DNA from: Pseudomonas phage Baskent_P6
Sequence record: PQ415074.1
Length of the DNA: 64,000 nucleotides
Reading direction: 5' to 3' (one strand)
The notes beneath the pieces are model-generated. The model did not search any database, was not told the DNA's origin, and was given only the letters and a program-made list of their open reading frames with translations. Below are positions 30,201-39,517 of this stretch, piece by piece (the first letter of the stretch is position 1; every line of letters begins with the position of its first letter). The position numbers and the translations under genes are program-made.

Positions 30201-33200
30201 AGGCCGCGCGGCGTGCTGGCAAAGAGGTTCCAGGCTGAGGCCCAGGCCCGCGCCGAATACTTCACCCCCGGCAACGTGGTGCGAGGTTACGGCGCCAACT
30301 ACGACAGGGTTATCAGCTACAACCCGACCGAATCGGGAAGCTGGACCGTCACGGTGCGCAGTGTACGCAAGGAAGGCGACACCTGGGTGGATGTCCCGGG
30401 CGAGAGCGAGCGCACTCACATGACGGCGCCGGATGCGCGCGACATGAAGCGCGGCCCGGCCGGCCGTATCGCAACACAGGGGGCGCCAACCACCGATGAG
30501 TTCCCCTTGAAGGAAGCCGCCGCCAGCTACTCCGGTATCTCGAACAGCAGCAGCCAGCGAGCGAAGTCCGATGCGGATGAGTTCCAGACCTACATCGACG
30601 TGGCCCGCGACGCGGGCGCTGTCGTGGCGCGCACCGATGCTCAGCAGGCGGCCGTGGAGCAAGCCACACGAGAGTTGCGCGCCGATTACCTGGCCCAGTA
30701 CCGACGCCTGATGAACGTGCGCGCCGGCACCTACAGCGGTTATGTTGTCGGGCGTTCTGGACTGAACAGCAAGCAGGCGGACAGGCGCAACAGCGCCTAC
30801 GACCGCGCCATCGACACATTCGTGGCCTGGCAGAAGGCCAATCAGGATCGCGTGCGCCAGGCGGCCCTGGACGCCCGTACCGACGAGGAAAAGGCGGCAG
30901 ATCGCCAGGCCGCCGAGCAGGCCCGCGCCGACAAGGCGCAGCGCAAGGAAGACGGGGACCGCAGCCTGATGCGCAGGATTCTGTCCTGGAAGAAGGGCAG
31001 CGAGCCGGTGGCGATCACCAAGGCCGCGCACCTTGCCGGGGTGAACTTCGGCAAGGATGGCTACCCGACCAGCATTAAGTTGACGCCGACCGATGGCAGC
31101 GTGCTGACCAGCGACAAGTTCGACCTGGCGGCGCTGTTCCGTGAGCGCGGCATGAGCGTGCCGGAGTCGAAACGCCGCGTGCGTGAACTGGTCGATTTCG
31201 TGCGCGCCGAGGATGCAGCCCGGCCCCAGTCCGAACCGGCAGAGGCACCCAAGCCCGAGCCCGCGCAGCCCAGCGATTCTAAAACCCCGACGCTCGATGC
31301 GCATGTAGCCCTGATGCAGCGCGCGCGCAGTGGGGAGGCGACCGCCGACGAGTTCCGCCAGGCATTCGAGCGTACGCAGAACGCCCGCGACGCCCTGGTG
31401 GCCGAGCTGGGCACTATGAAGAAGGATGACCTGCTGAAGTCAGGCGGCTACAGCTTCTTCCACCGCTACCGCAACGAGAAGAAGGCAGCGATTGTCGATG
31501 CCCTGGTCGGTCGCGTGCTGGAGGAATTTGCGCTGGGCCGCAGCTACGGCCCGAGCAGCTACGTGATGTCGGCTGCCGGCCTAGAAGCGCACCGCCAGGC
31601 CAAGGCCAGCGCGCTGGCCGAGCTGGTGGCGAACACCACCGACGACGACATCAAGGCGCACGCCGCCGAGGTCGCCGAGGCGCAGCAGGAAGTCCAGGCT
31701 CGCCGGGAAGCGCAGCAGAAGGCTGTCGCCAACCCGCAGACCCTCGCCGAGTTCCGCCAGGCAGTGAGCTACAACATGGAGACGCACGGGGAGTCCCTGC
31801 GGGAGGCGTTCATGCGCCTGACGCCGGAACAGCGTATTCGCTACGACGAACTGGAGGCCGAGAGCACTAAGGCCCTGCGTGAGCAGGCCAAGGCACAGGC
31901 CAAGACCCGCGTAGCCAGCGCCGGGCAGACTACGGCCGGCGACATCATCGAGACGAAGCACACCAAGCACGGGCATGACCTTTTCGTGGTGCAACTGGCC
32001 GAGCGCGTCAGCCGCGAGGACTACGACACCCTGAACAATTCGGCGAAGCGGCTGGGCGGCAGCTACAGCAGTTACCGTGGGAATGGTGCTGTCCCCGGCT
32101 TCCAGTTCCGCACCCGCGAGGCGGCCGAAGCATTCCGCAAGCTGGTGACCGGCGACACCGCCGACGCGCAGGCCGTTGCAGAAGCGCGCCGCGACGCCTT
32201 CGAGGATGACCGCAACCAGAGCGCCGCCCAGCGGCTGCGCACCATGGCCCAGGCTCTCAACGAGCGGGCCGATGATTCCCTGAGCCGCGTACGCAAGCAG
32301 AACACCGATCGCCGTGCGCGGATGGCCGCCAGTGCCGAAGCCTCGGCGCGCGCCGACAAGGCACTGGCCGCCACCATGAACAACCTGGCTGCCGCCATCG
32401 AAGGCGGCAAGGCGAAGTTCCTGGACACCGTGCGGCAGAAAGTGCAAGTGGAGTTCCTGGCGCGGGAACTGCGCAATGCAAAGGACGCGCAAATTCGAGC
32501 GAAGTACCCGACTTATGGCGAGCAGGAGAAACACCGTGGCGAGCCGGTGGACGCCGAGACGGTGGACTACTCCACATTCCCCAGTTACACCGCCATGCGC
32601 TCCGACTTGGCGAGCCTGGCGCGCCAGATGGCGGAAGTGGACGGCCTGAAGAAACTGGCCGCGCGCCTGGAGAAGGTCGCCGACGATGTGACCGAGGCCT
32701 ACACCGGCTGGGCCAAGCAGAACCTTCTGTCCGTCAGCCGCTTCACCCGCGGTGACCAGTTCGCCGACTTTAAGAGTCGCGAGGATGCTGAGCGTGCCAT
32801 TCGCCGCTCCGGCCTCACCGGCAAGGCCATCGTGCTTCCGGTGAAACGCGGGCAGAACCGCATCGTCATGGCCCCCAGCGAAGCCATGAAGCTGGGCCTC
32901 TGGCAGGGCGACGGCGACAAGCGCATCACGCTGTCCGGCGAGTTCGGGGGCGAACTGGTGCAGGCCCTGGGCCGGCGCAGTGGCAGCAAGATCACCGTTC
33001 CGTGGGCGCTGGAGAGTGCGCACGAAAAGCGCAAGCGCCTGGAGAGCATGGGCATCCTCACCGGCAGCGAGTACCGCTCTGCACTGCGCGAGTTCGTAGC
33101 GCTGCGCGAGGCGCCCGCCGAGCCGGATAAGATCAAGCAGATGGAACGGGCGATGATCGGTCGTCGCAATGACGGCCTGGACTTCTTCCCAACCTCGGCC

Positions 33201-36200
33201 GCCGTCACCGAGGAAGCCATCGACGCCGCCGACATCCAGGGAGGCATGGACGTGCTGGAGCCTTCCGCCGGCATGGGCCATATGGCCGACGCGATCCGCG
33301 AGCAGACCGGCGTGGAGCCCGAAGTGGTGGAGCTTTCCGGAGAACGCCGCGAGTTGCTGGAGGCCAAGGGCTACAACCTGGTCGGATCCGACTTCATGGA
33401 GGTGTCCGGCAAGCAGTACGACCGTATCGTGATGAACCCGCCGTTCTCCAAGGGGCGCGACATCCAGCACGTACAGCACGCCTACAGCCTGCTGAAGCCC
33501 GGCGGCCGCCTGGTTGCCATCATGAGCGAAGGCGCCTTCTTCCAGAGCAACAAGGCCGCCGAGAACTTCCGTGCCTGGCTGGACGGCCTGGGTGCCACCA
33601 GTGAACGGCTGCCGGAAGGTTCGTTTATGGACCCAGCGCTATCCGTCAATACCGGCGTGAACGCGCGCATGGTGGTGATCGACAAGCCGGCAGCCGAAGA
33701 GTCGGCAGCGCCGCAGCCCGGCGAACAACCGCCTGTGCAGTACTCGTTCACCGGACGCAATGCCGTCGGCGCCAACCTGCATGCCCTGAGCACCGCGCAG
33801 CAGCGCATCGCCATGGGCGAAAACGCCGAGGCCGTTCGTCGAGATACCGGCTGGCACCGCGGCACTGATGGCAAGTGGCGCTTCGAAATCAGCGATCATC
33901 AGGCCAGCATCGCCGTGGCCGGTGAGACTGCTGGCGCCATCATCGATATGGCCCACCTCAATGCCATCAACGACGAGCGTAGTCGACCGACTGTAGGCGA
34001 TGTGCTCAGCCATCCTCAACTGTTCGCTGCATATCCTGACCTGCAGCGTATCCCGGTGGCAGTGATGCCAGAGGGCGTCACTGCGCTGGCTCGCCTACGC
34101 CGGTTCGCCACTGGTAACCAAGTTGAGGTTCAGGCGAACATGCCGCGCACCGAGGTTGCCTCGGCGATCCTGCACGAACTCCAGCATGCGATACAGATCC
34201 GGGAAGGTTTCGCCATGGGTGGCTCGGCCAGGGCTTTCGTCAGCAACTTCGACAAGACTGGTGCGGCGACCTATCGTCGTTTGGCTGGAGAGGTGGAGGC
34301 GCGCAACACGCAGGCTCGTCTGAAAATGACGCCGCGCCTGCGCCGGGACATTGCACCCGATGAGTCGGCGGACATCCCTGCAAGTCAGGTGCTGGTGTCG
34401 TTCAATGGCCGCGACATCGAGAATGGCCCGTTGCCGCAGAACCTGACGGGGCGTCCGCCGATGACCTCGCACAGCCTGGTGCGTGCTTTCGACCTGCAGT
34501 TCCCAGCCCTGGGCCAGGCTGTGCGCAAGATGCTGAAGCGCGGCAAGGAAGGACAACGGGGCGGCTTGGTGGTGATCGACAGCGCCGACCCGTTGCGCAT
34601 CGCGCACACCTACGCGCGGAAATCCGGTACCGCACTGAGCGATGCCGTTCAACTGTTTGAGGATGGCGAGCGCATCAATGGCTTCTACGATGCCAGATCA
34701 GGTCTAACTTTTCTGGTCGGCCCGAACCTGAATCCGGTAACCGCCCCGGCCGTGGTGCTTCACGAAATGGTTCACGGCCAGCAGCGACAGAATCTCGACC
34801 AGGCTGCCCACGCCATGCTGATGAATCGCGGCAACGTGCGGAGCGCCGAACTGCGCACCTTCCTGGACCGTGTGGCCAGCCGCATGATCGAGTCCGGCGA
34901 GAGCCGCAACATGAAGGAGGCCGCTCCGTATATCGTGGAGCAGGCTGTTATTGAAGGGCGAGAGCAGGGATTCGCCGAGGCTGATAGCCGGTTCCTGTCC
35001 TGGGTAGACAGTGCGCTGGGCAAGCAGGTGGGTGACTTCCTGCGTAGGTTCCTGGCCAACATCCGTCAGTGGATGCTGCGCCACGGTCTGCCGGTTGGCC
35101 GCATCAGCGTGGACGATCTGGTGCGATATGCGATGGCTGGTGTGGAAAGCGCCGCCGAAGGCCGGGTACGGGGCGACGGCCTAGCCATGAGCCAGGACGA
35201 CATGCGAAAGGCGCGCGTGCTGCAAGGCCCGCCGGTGGCCATCCTGGAGGGGAATGAAGCACCACAGGGCTTCGCTGCGGTTCGCGAGTGGGCGGCGAAG
35301 CTATTCGAGTCTCAAGGTGGCAAGGCAGTGAACCCGGACCTGGGCGACGTGGTGCTGGATATGCGCGCTGTGCGCGACTCGATGGCGCATGGCAAGGCCA
35401 ACCCATACAAGTTCTCGGCGTTCGCGGCCGTCAAGGACGTGCTGGAGCGAGGTGTGGTGGTTCACCGCGCGGACTATGAGAAGGGGGAGAGTTTCTACGT
35501 GTCGGCGCCGGTGGTGATCGACGATAAGGATGACATCGTGACTGTGTTGGTGCGCCGCGATCCGAACATGCAGCGCATGTATCTGCATTCGGTGGCCACA
35601 AAAGAATATCTCCTGAACCGTCGAGTATCCGGTGCTGATGCCATGATGGCAGCGCAGCCTTCCGGCTCGTCCAGTTCAGGAGACGTAGCCAGTGTACTCC
35701 AGCGGCTGCTGACCGCAAGCCTGAATGAACCCGAAGGTCCGCAGTTCAGTCGCTCCGGTCTGCGCGAACTCACCAGCAAGGCTACCGCCGAACTGAACAA
35801 GACCTTCAGCGCTCCGGGAGGCCTGTCCTGGTGGCACAAGACCATCGGCACCATGTACAACCTCGCAGAGCGTTCCCCGGCATTCAAGCCGGTCTTCGAG
35901 TCGGCGCAAGGATTTATCGATGACGTGAGCTATTACGCCAGCGATGCGGCTGATCTGGCGCCGAAACTGCTGCCGAAGCTGGAAACCTGGCGCGACATTG
36001 CAAAGTCCCCGGTGGGCGCTGAGGACAACAAGGCGGTGGCCAAGCCGGTATTCGAGGGCACGCTGATGTGGGCGCGCGACGTGGACGGCAAGCCGGTGCG
36101 CGTCGATTCGCTGGCTGAGCGCGCCATGCGTCTGACGGCCGACGAGAAGGCGGACATCCTGCTGAAGCAGGGCAAGATTCCCGAGGGACTGCTGCGCGCC

Positions 36201-38648
36201 TGGCGCGGCCTGAGCCCCGAGCAGTTCGCGAAGATGATCGACAGCCGCTACGAGTCGCAGATGCTCAAGGCAGGCATCGTCTGGACCGACGCTGAGCTGC
36301 GCGACATGTGGAAGCTCAACGATGCGCAGGTCGCGCTGTACCGCGAGTTCCGCGCCGCCACCGACCGTAGCCTGGACACCATGGCCCGCGCCGACATGCT
36401 GCGCTTCGGCGGCGAGGATGTGAAGGAACTGCGCGACCAGGTGATGGACGCGGCCGATGCGCAGGAGGGGGCCGCGATACTGCGCGACCACCTGGCGCAG
36501 ATGGCTGATGCATGGCCGGAACGCGCCACGAACCTGCTGAACCTGGCACACGGCATGACGGATCGCGCCGAGAAGGTCGCCCAGTTGCAGGGCGAGGGCT
36601 ATGCACCGCTGTCGCGCTTCGGCAAGTACACCGTGGATGTGGTGGACGCGAACGGCGAGCGCCAGTATTTCAGCCTGTTCGAGACCAAGCGCGAGGCGAA
36701 CCTGATGGCCGAGCAGATGCGCGGCGCCTTCCCTGGCGCCACCGTCAGTCAGGGCACGCTGTCCGAGGAAAGCTACAAGCTATTCGCCGGCATCACCCCG
36801 GAAACCCTGGAACTGTTCGGCAACGCCCTGGGCTTCGACTCGGAGGGCGACAGCGCCCGCGACCAGGCGTTCCAGGAATACCTGCGCCTGACCAAGACCA
36901 ACCGTTCCGCGATGCGCCGGTTGATCCACCGCAAGGGCATCGCCGGCTACAGCGAGGACGTGGGCCGCGTGTTGGCATCGTTCATCTACTCCAACTCCCG
37001 GCAGACCGCCGCCGGCCTGCACATGGGCAACCTTTCCGAGGCTGTGAACGGCATCCCACAGGCGCAGGGCGAACTGAAGGACGCCGCGGTACGGCTGGCC
37101 GACTACATCAAGAACCCGCAAGAGGAGGGGCAGGCGGTGCGCGGACTGCTGTTTGCGCAGTACCTCGGCGGGTCCGTCGCGTCAGCCTTCGTCAACATGA
37201 CCCAGCCGGTCCAAGTGACTTTTCCCTGGTTGAGTCAGTATTGCGGGGTGAAGCGCGCTGCGGCGGAACTGGGGCGGGCAGCACGACAGATGGCGCAGCG
37301 CTCCTATCAGTTCGAACCGGACCTGGCCCGGGCATTAAAGCGCGCAGAGGATGATGGGGTGGTGTCCCCGCAGGAGGTCCACCAGTTGATGGCGCAGGCC
37401 CGCGGCAGCGGCTCGCTGCGCGCCGGGGACGGGACGCGCTTGGGTGATGCTCGAGCACTTGCGTCCAACAGCGTGGCGCGCCTGTCGATGGCCTGGGGCA
37501 AGTTGTTCGGCGCCGCAGAGCAGATCAACCGCCGCATGACTTACATCGCGTCGTATCGCATCGCCAAAGCGCAGAACATGGCCAATCCTGACGAGTTCGC
37601 ACGCCGGGCCGTGCGCGAGACGCAGTTCGTATACTCCAAGGCCAGCAAGATGCGCTGGGGGCGTGGTGCCGTCGGCGGCACCTTGATGACCTTCAAGACG
37701 TACAGCGTGGCCTATCTTGAGCTGATGCATCGCTTGTGGAATCAGGGTGAGCCTGGTTCGCAGGAGCGCAAGGACGGTCGGAAGGCTGCTGCCCTGATGA
37801 TCGGCATGCTGCTGCTCGTCGGCGGCGCCGGTGGCTTGCCGTTCGCCGAAGACGCCGAAGACCTGATCGACGGTGCGGCGCAACTCATGGGCTACAACTT
37901 CTCTACCGCGAAGGCCAAACAGGAGTTTCTGGAAGGTCTGTTTGGTCGGGTGCTTGCCGACTTCATTGATCGCGGGGTGTCCGGACTGCCTGGTGCTCCG
38001 CTCGATGCCTCAGGCCGGCTGGGCATGGGGAACCTGATTCCTGGAACCCGGCTACTCCAGCCCGCCCCCGCGAATATTCGCGATGTGCTTGAAATAGCTG
38101 GCCCCATGGGGGACTTCGCGAATCGCATCCTTGAGGGCGGGAAAAAGATCGCCAGTGGCGACATCGGTAGCGGGTTGCTGGAAATATCCCCGGGGGCGGT
38201 ACGAAACGCTGCCAAGGGTGTGGATATGCTCGCCACTGGGATGTACCGAGACACGAAGGGCTACAAGGTCTTGGATACCAACACGCTTGAGGCCGCGATG
38301 AAGATGATCGGTTTCCAGCCTGCCAGTGTGGCGACCATTCAGGAAGCCAACATGCTCAGTCAGAAGGCGAAGGCCTTCTACAACCTGAAGGCGCAAGAAA
38401 TCCGCAGTATGTGGGCGGCCGGCATCTTCGAGAAAGACCAGGGCAAGGTTGAGCGCGCGCGGCAAGCAATAGCCGACTGGAATCGGCGCAACCCTGACCA
38501 GCCAATGGCCATCCGAGTGCCAGACATCATGCGACGAGTCCGCGAAATGTCGCTATCGAAGGACGAACGGATAGCGAAGACCGCACCGAAAGCGATGCGG
38601 CAGCAGATGCGAGAGGATCTGGAGCGCACCCGCGCAGCGCTGGACTGA
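27300..38648 (+). CDS. Giant polyvalent protein (3782 aa): ParB-like domain + N6-adenine-type MTase domain + two HExxH zincin motifs + long helical C-terminal region
   Basis: Single uninterrupted ORF with RBS AGAGGA. ParB/Srx-like segment ILVSREGNVLDGHHQWMAARDNGEEVRVIRLD (about nt 29,900-30,060). MTase motif I VLEPSAGMGHMADAI (about nt 33,245) and motif IV NPPF (about nt 33,440). HExxH motifs HELQH (about nt 34,175) and HEMVH (about nt 34,760). The six-frame ORFs on the opposite strand are R-rich junk. Confidence 0.8.
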   Translation: MADTWGENDKIVDTADFGANDEVVGKGEEGRGVIGHARDLGLSVAKGVIGVPEAAVGLADIPTEGRVGKFLENQDGMLGFRPREAKDFLSDLHTDQYKQQQQDFQDADGVVDKTLHAVQNPSMVVNTVAESLPSMLAGGAVGRGVRALAPALAPVAAGAAGEGAVMAGQQAEQIRQETDDGLLTPAQSGAAVATGVLGSLFSLAGGSLAKKLGIGDADTLLAGGANPGQLVSELASMPAKSIPRKVIEGAISEGFLEELPQSASEQVLQNLALGRDWASGLDEAMVMGTLAGMAMGGPAAVLHGGQPAASRGLADADATFESTPGLEGQTETTAPLALPAPVYEAGSDGQVRTTVDQNSATQAQRQQEAERLDRIRRGEVTDVTPVPAAPKRSEQMGLDPAVGPLSGAAAQAVDSGATDQMVQQAALQQAAEEAQKSGRKGDQVNPETGEITAEQGDLLASDPVTDLQGRLEFVRRQARATGWDAKKIAERDRLQEELDKLAPAPDAGYMQRVGERVKRIEAAQSPDEIAAILAEDQQDEQRHQNAAGRVELAARARGFALDQAAQQQAPTPIGVQDDIQQAQGKADAQQAQAAQPAVSLAPAAESVPAAPATEAKATNLKDAISKVRQAKQKPEQPAALQAVRRGEVGGKLGSGEVVTTSSGRQTTPFPKVSVDSSRKATSTIKAVDQWLMQNALDEARSRGDEFNARQFEANLAKPQRADKDAAEEYLFGQQPAVQPRVLKPLAPKSTATDNSASWVIRNKETGEVIAETFDRKKVDALNTEKYEAVPIQQHLASLNKPKVPSIEGKDIGEGWAEFSKESGTVGIPRADMPQIKAEHRGAMVNFLSARGVQHQEETVPADTLKPTQAEFSRDKVAKAKDFEGGNRSILVSREGNVLDGHHQWMAARDNGEEVRVIRLDAPIRDLVKLAHEFPSSTTDASSGQGATVDARQVRPVPEPAAPDVPKKRPRGVLAKRFQAEAQARAEYFTPGNVVRGYGANYDRVISYNPTESGSWTVTVRSVRKEGDTWVDVPGESERTHMTAPDARDMKRGPAGRIATQGAPTTDEFPLKEAAASYSGISNSSSQRAKSDADEFQTYIDVARDAGAVVARTDAQQAAVEQATRELRADYLAQYRRLMNVRAGTYSGYVVGRSGLNSKQADRRNSAYDRAIDTFVAWQKANQDRVRQAALDARTDEEKAADRQAAEQARADKAQRKEDGDRSLMRRILSWKKGSEPVAITKAAHLAGVNFGKDGYPTSIKLTPTDGSVLTSDKFDLAALFRERGMSVPESKRRVRELVDFVRAEDAARPQSEPAEAPKPEPAQPSDSKTPTLDAHVALMQRARSGEATADEFRQAFERTQNARDALVAELGTMKKDDLLKSGGYSFFHRYRNEKKAAIVDALVGRVLEEFALGRSYGPSSYVMSAAGLEAHRQAKASALAELVANTTDDDIKAHAAEVAEAQQEVQARREAQQKAVANPQTLAEFRQAVSYNMETHGESLREAFMRLTPEQRIRYDELEAESTKALREQAKAQAKTRVASAGQTTAGDIIETKHTKHGHDLFVVQLAERVSREDYDTLNNSAKRLGGSYSSYRGNGAVPGFQFRTREAAEAFRKLVTGDTADAQAVAEARRDAFEDDRNQSAAQRLRTMAQALNERADDSLSRVRKQNTDRRARMAASAEASARADKALAATMNNLAAAIEGGKAKFLDTVRQKVQVEFLARELRNAKDAQIRAKYPTYGEQEKHRGEPVDAETVDYSTFPSYTAMRSDLASLARQMAEVDGLKKLAARLEKVADDVTEAYTGWAKQNLLSVSRFTRGDQFADFKSREDAERAIRRSGLTGKAIVLPVKRGQNRIVMAPSEAMKLGLWQGDGDKRITLSGEFGGELVQALGRRSGSKITVPWALESAHEKRKRLESMGILTGSEYRSALREFVALREAPAEPDKIKQMERAMIGRRNDGLDFFPTSAAVTEEAIDAADIQGGMDVLEPSAGMGHMADAIREQTGVEPEVVELSGERRELLEAKGYNLVGSDFMEVSGKQYDRIVMNPPFSKGRDIQHVQHAYSLLKPGGRLVAIMSEGAFFQSNKAAENFRAWLDGLGATSERLPEGSFMDPALSVNTGVNARMVVIDKPAAEESAAPQPGEQPPVQYSFTGRNAVGANLHALSTAQQRIAMGENAEAVRRDTGWHRGTDGKWRFEISDHQASIAVAGETAGAIIDMAHLNAINDERSRPTVGDVLSHPQLFAAYPDLQRIPVAVMPEGVTALARLRRFATGNQVEVQANMPRTEVASAILHELQHAIQIREGFAMGGSARAFVSNFDKTGAATYRRLAGEVEARNTQARLKMTPRLRRDIAPDESADIPASQVLVSFNGRDIENGPLPQNLTGRPPMTSHSLVRAFDLQFPALGQAVRKMLKRGKEGQRGGLVVIDSADPLRIAHTYARKSGTALSDAVQLFEDGERINGFYDARSGLTFLVGPNLNPVTAPAVVLHEMVHGQQRQNLDQAAHAMLMNRGNVRSAELRTFLDRVASRMIESGESRNMKEAAPYIVEQAVIEGREQGFAEADSRFLSWVDSALGKQVGDFLRRFLANIRQWMLRHGLPVGRISVDDLVRYAMAGVESAAEGRVRGDGLAMSQDDMRKARVLQGPPVAILEGNEAPQGFAAVREWAAKLFESQGGKAVNPDLGDVVLDMRAVRDSMAHGKANPYKFSAFAAVKDVLERGVVVHRADYEKGESFYVSAPVVIDDKDDIVTVLVRRDPNMQRMYLHSVATKEYLLNRRVSGADAMMAAQPSGSSSSGDVASVLQRLLTASLNEPEGPQFSRSGLRELTSKATAELNKTFSAPGGLSWWHKTIGTMYNLAERSPAFKPVFESAQGFIDDVSYYASDAADLAPKLLPKLETWRDIAKSPVGAEDNKAVAKPVFEGTLMWARDVDGKPVRVDSLAERAMRLTADEKADILLKQGKIPEGLLRAWRGLSPEQFAKMIDSRYESQMLKAGIVWTDAELRDMWKLNDAQVALYREFRAATDRSLDTMARADMLRFGGEDVKELRDQVMDAADAQEGAAILRDHLAQMADAWPERATNLLNLAHGMTDRAEKVAQLQGEGYAPLSRFGKYTVDVVDANGERQYFSLFETKREANLMAEQMRGAFPGATVSQGTLSEESYKLFAGITPETLELFGNALGFDSEGDSARDQAFQEYLRLTKTNRSAMRRLIHRKGIAGYSEDVGRVLASFIYSNSRQTAAGLHMGNLSEAVNGIPQAQGELKDAAVRLADYIKNPQEEGQAVRGLLFAQYLGGSVASAFVNMTQPVQVTFPWLSQYCGVKRAAAELGRAARQMAQRSYQFEPDLARALKRAEDDGVVSPQEVHQLMAQARGSGSLRAGDGTRLGDARALASNSVARLSMAWGKLFGAAEQINRRMTYIASYRIAKAQNMANPDEFARRAVRETQFVYSKASKMRWGRGAVGGTLMTFKTYSVAYLELMHRLWNQGEPGSQERKDGRKAAALMIGMLLLVGGAGGLPFAEDAEDLIDGAAQLMGYNFSTAKAKQEFLEGLFGRVLADFIDRGVSGLPGAPLDASGRLGMGNLIPGTRLLQPAPANIRDVLEIAGPMGDFANRILEGGKKIASGDIGSGLLEISPGAVRNAAKGVDMLATGMYRDTKGYKVLDTNTLEAAMKMIGFQPASVATIQEANMLSQKAKAFYNLKAQEIRSMWAAGIFEKDQGKVERARQAIADWNRRNPDQPMAIRVPDIMRRVREMSLSKDERIAKTAPKAMRQQMREDLERTRAALD

Positions 38649-38705
38649 ACCCCCTGTAAGGATTTGCCGTTCTCTGGCTGTACCGAAAACTACCTGCCCA
38701 AGAAG

Positions 38706-38726
38706 CCGGGGCGTGATGCCCCGGCC
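38706..38726 (+). terminator. Hairpin (GCCGGGGC-GTGAT-GCCCCGGC) + CTTT between the giant gene and the holin; weak terminator/attenuator candidate
   Basis: Read from sequence; the U-tract is poor. Confidence 0.3.
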
Positions 38727-38742
38727 TTTGGAGGATGGAGTT

Positions 38743-39000
38743 ATGTCGGAGAGGGCCGGAATGGCGGTAGAGGTGGTGGGCGTTTCGGTGGCCAACAAGA
38801 CCACGCTGGCTGGCGCCCTTGCGGGCGCGTTGGGCTGGCTGGCGCAGATCAACTGGGTGGGGCTGATCGGCGTGCTGGTCGCCGTCATCGGCCTGCTGGC
38901 CAATATCTATTTCCAGGTTCGCCGCGACCGCCGCGAATCAGCCGAGAGCGCTGCCCGCATCGAGGCCATCCGGGGGCGTGGCGATGTCGAACAGCCGTAA
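38743..39000 (+). CDS. Holin (class II-like, 85 aa)
   Basis: RBS GGAGG; two TM segments (TTLAGALAGALGWLAQI and WVGLIGVLVAVIGLLANIYF) then a charged C-terminus RRDRRESAESAAR; directly upstream of and overlapping the endolysin. Confidence 0.7.
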   Translation: MSERAGMAVEVVGVSVANKTTLAGALAGALGWLAQINWVGLIGVLVAVIGLLANIYFQVRRDRRESAESAARIEAIRGRGDVEQP

Positions 39001-39517
39001 CCGCGTGCTGGTTGCTGCGCTGACCGTCAGCCTGGCCGGCTTCGGCGCCTGGATGAAGTCGGAGGATTTCAGCGCGAAACCATACGTGCCAACCAAGGGC
39101 GACGTTCCGACCATCGGTTACGGCTCCACCCGCTACGAGAATGGCCAATCGGTGAAGCTGACCGATCCGCCGATCACCCGCCAGCGCGGCGAACAACTCG
39201 CGCGCAACCTGATGGCGAAGGACGAACAGCAGTTCCGCGACTCGTTGCCCGGCGTGAAGCTGTTCCAGGAGGAGTATGACCTGTACCTGGATTTCACGGG
39301 CCAGTTCGGCATCACCAACTGGCGCGGTAGCTCGATGCGCCGCGACTTGCTCGCCGGCAACTACCAGCAGGCGTGCGACGACCTGCTGAAGTGGCGCAAC
39401 CAGGCAGGCCGCGACTGCTCGCTGCCGAAGAACTGGGGGCCGAGGGGCTGCAAAGGCGTGTGGACCAGACAGCAGGAGCGGCATGCGCAATGCATCGCCG
39501 TGCAGGTGCCGCAATGA
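38978..39517 (+). CDS. Endolysin, GH24 lysozyme with N-terminal SAR-like signal-anchor
   Basis: E..D..T catalytic arrangement in EDFSAKPYVPTKGDVPTIGYGST, plus KWRNQAGRD and GVWTRQ motifs as in phage 21/lambda-family lysozymes; N-terminal VLVAALTVSLAGFGAW hydrophobic Gly/Ala-rich segment. Confidence 0.85.
   Translation: MAMSNSRNRVLVAALTVSLAGFGAWMKSEDFSAKPYVPTKGDVPTIGYGSTRYENGQSVKLTDPPITRQRGEQLARNLMAKDEQQFRDSLPGVKLFQEEYDLYLDFTGQFGITNWRGSSMRRDLLAGNYQQACDDLLKWRNQAGRDCSLPKNWGPRGCKGVWTRQQERHAQCIAVQVPQ

Noticed and set aside
28953-33479. 783-aa and 632-aa minus-strand ORFs
   Set aside because: They lie antisense inside the giant 27300..38648 gene; extreme R/G/A/L bias; no RBS or context.
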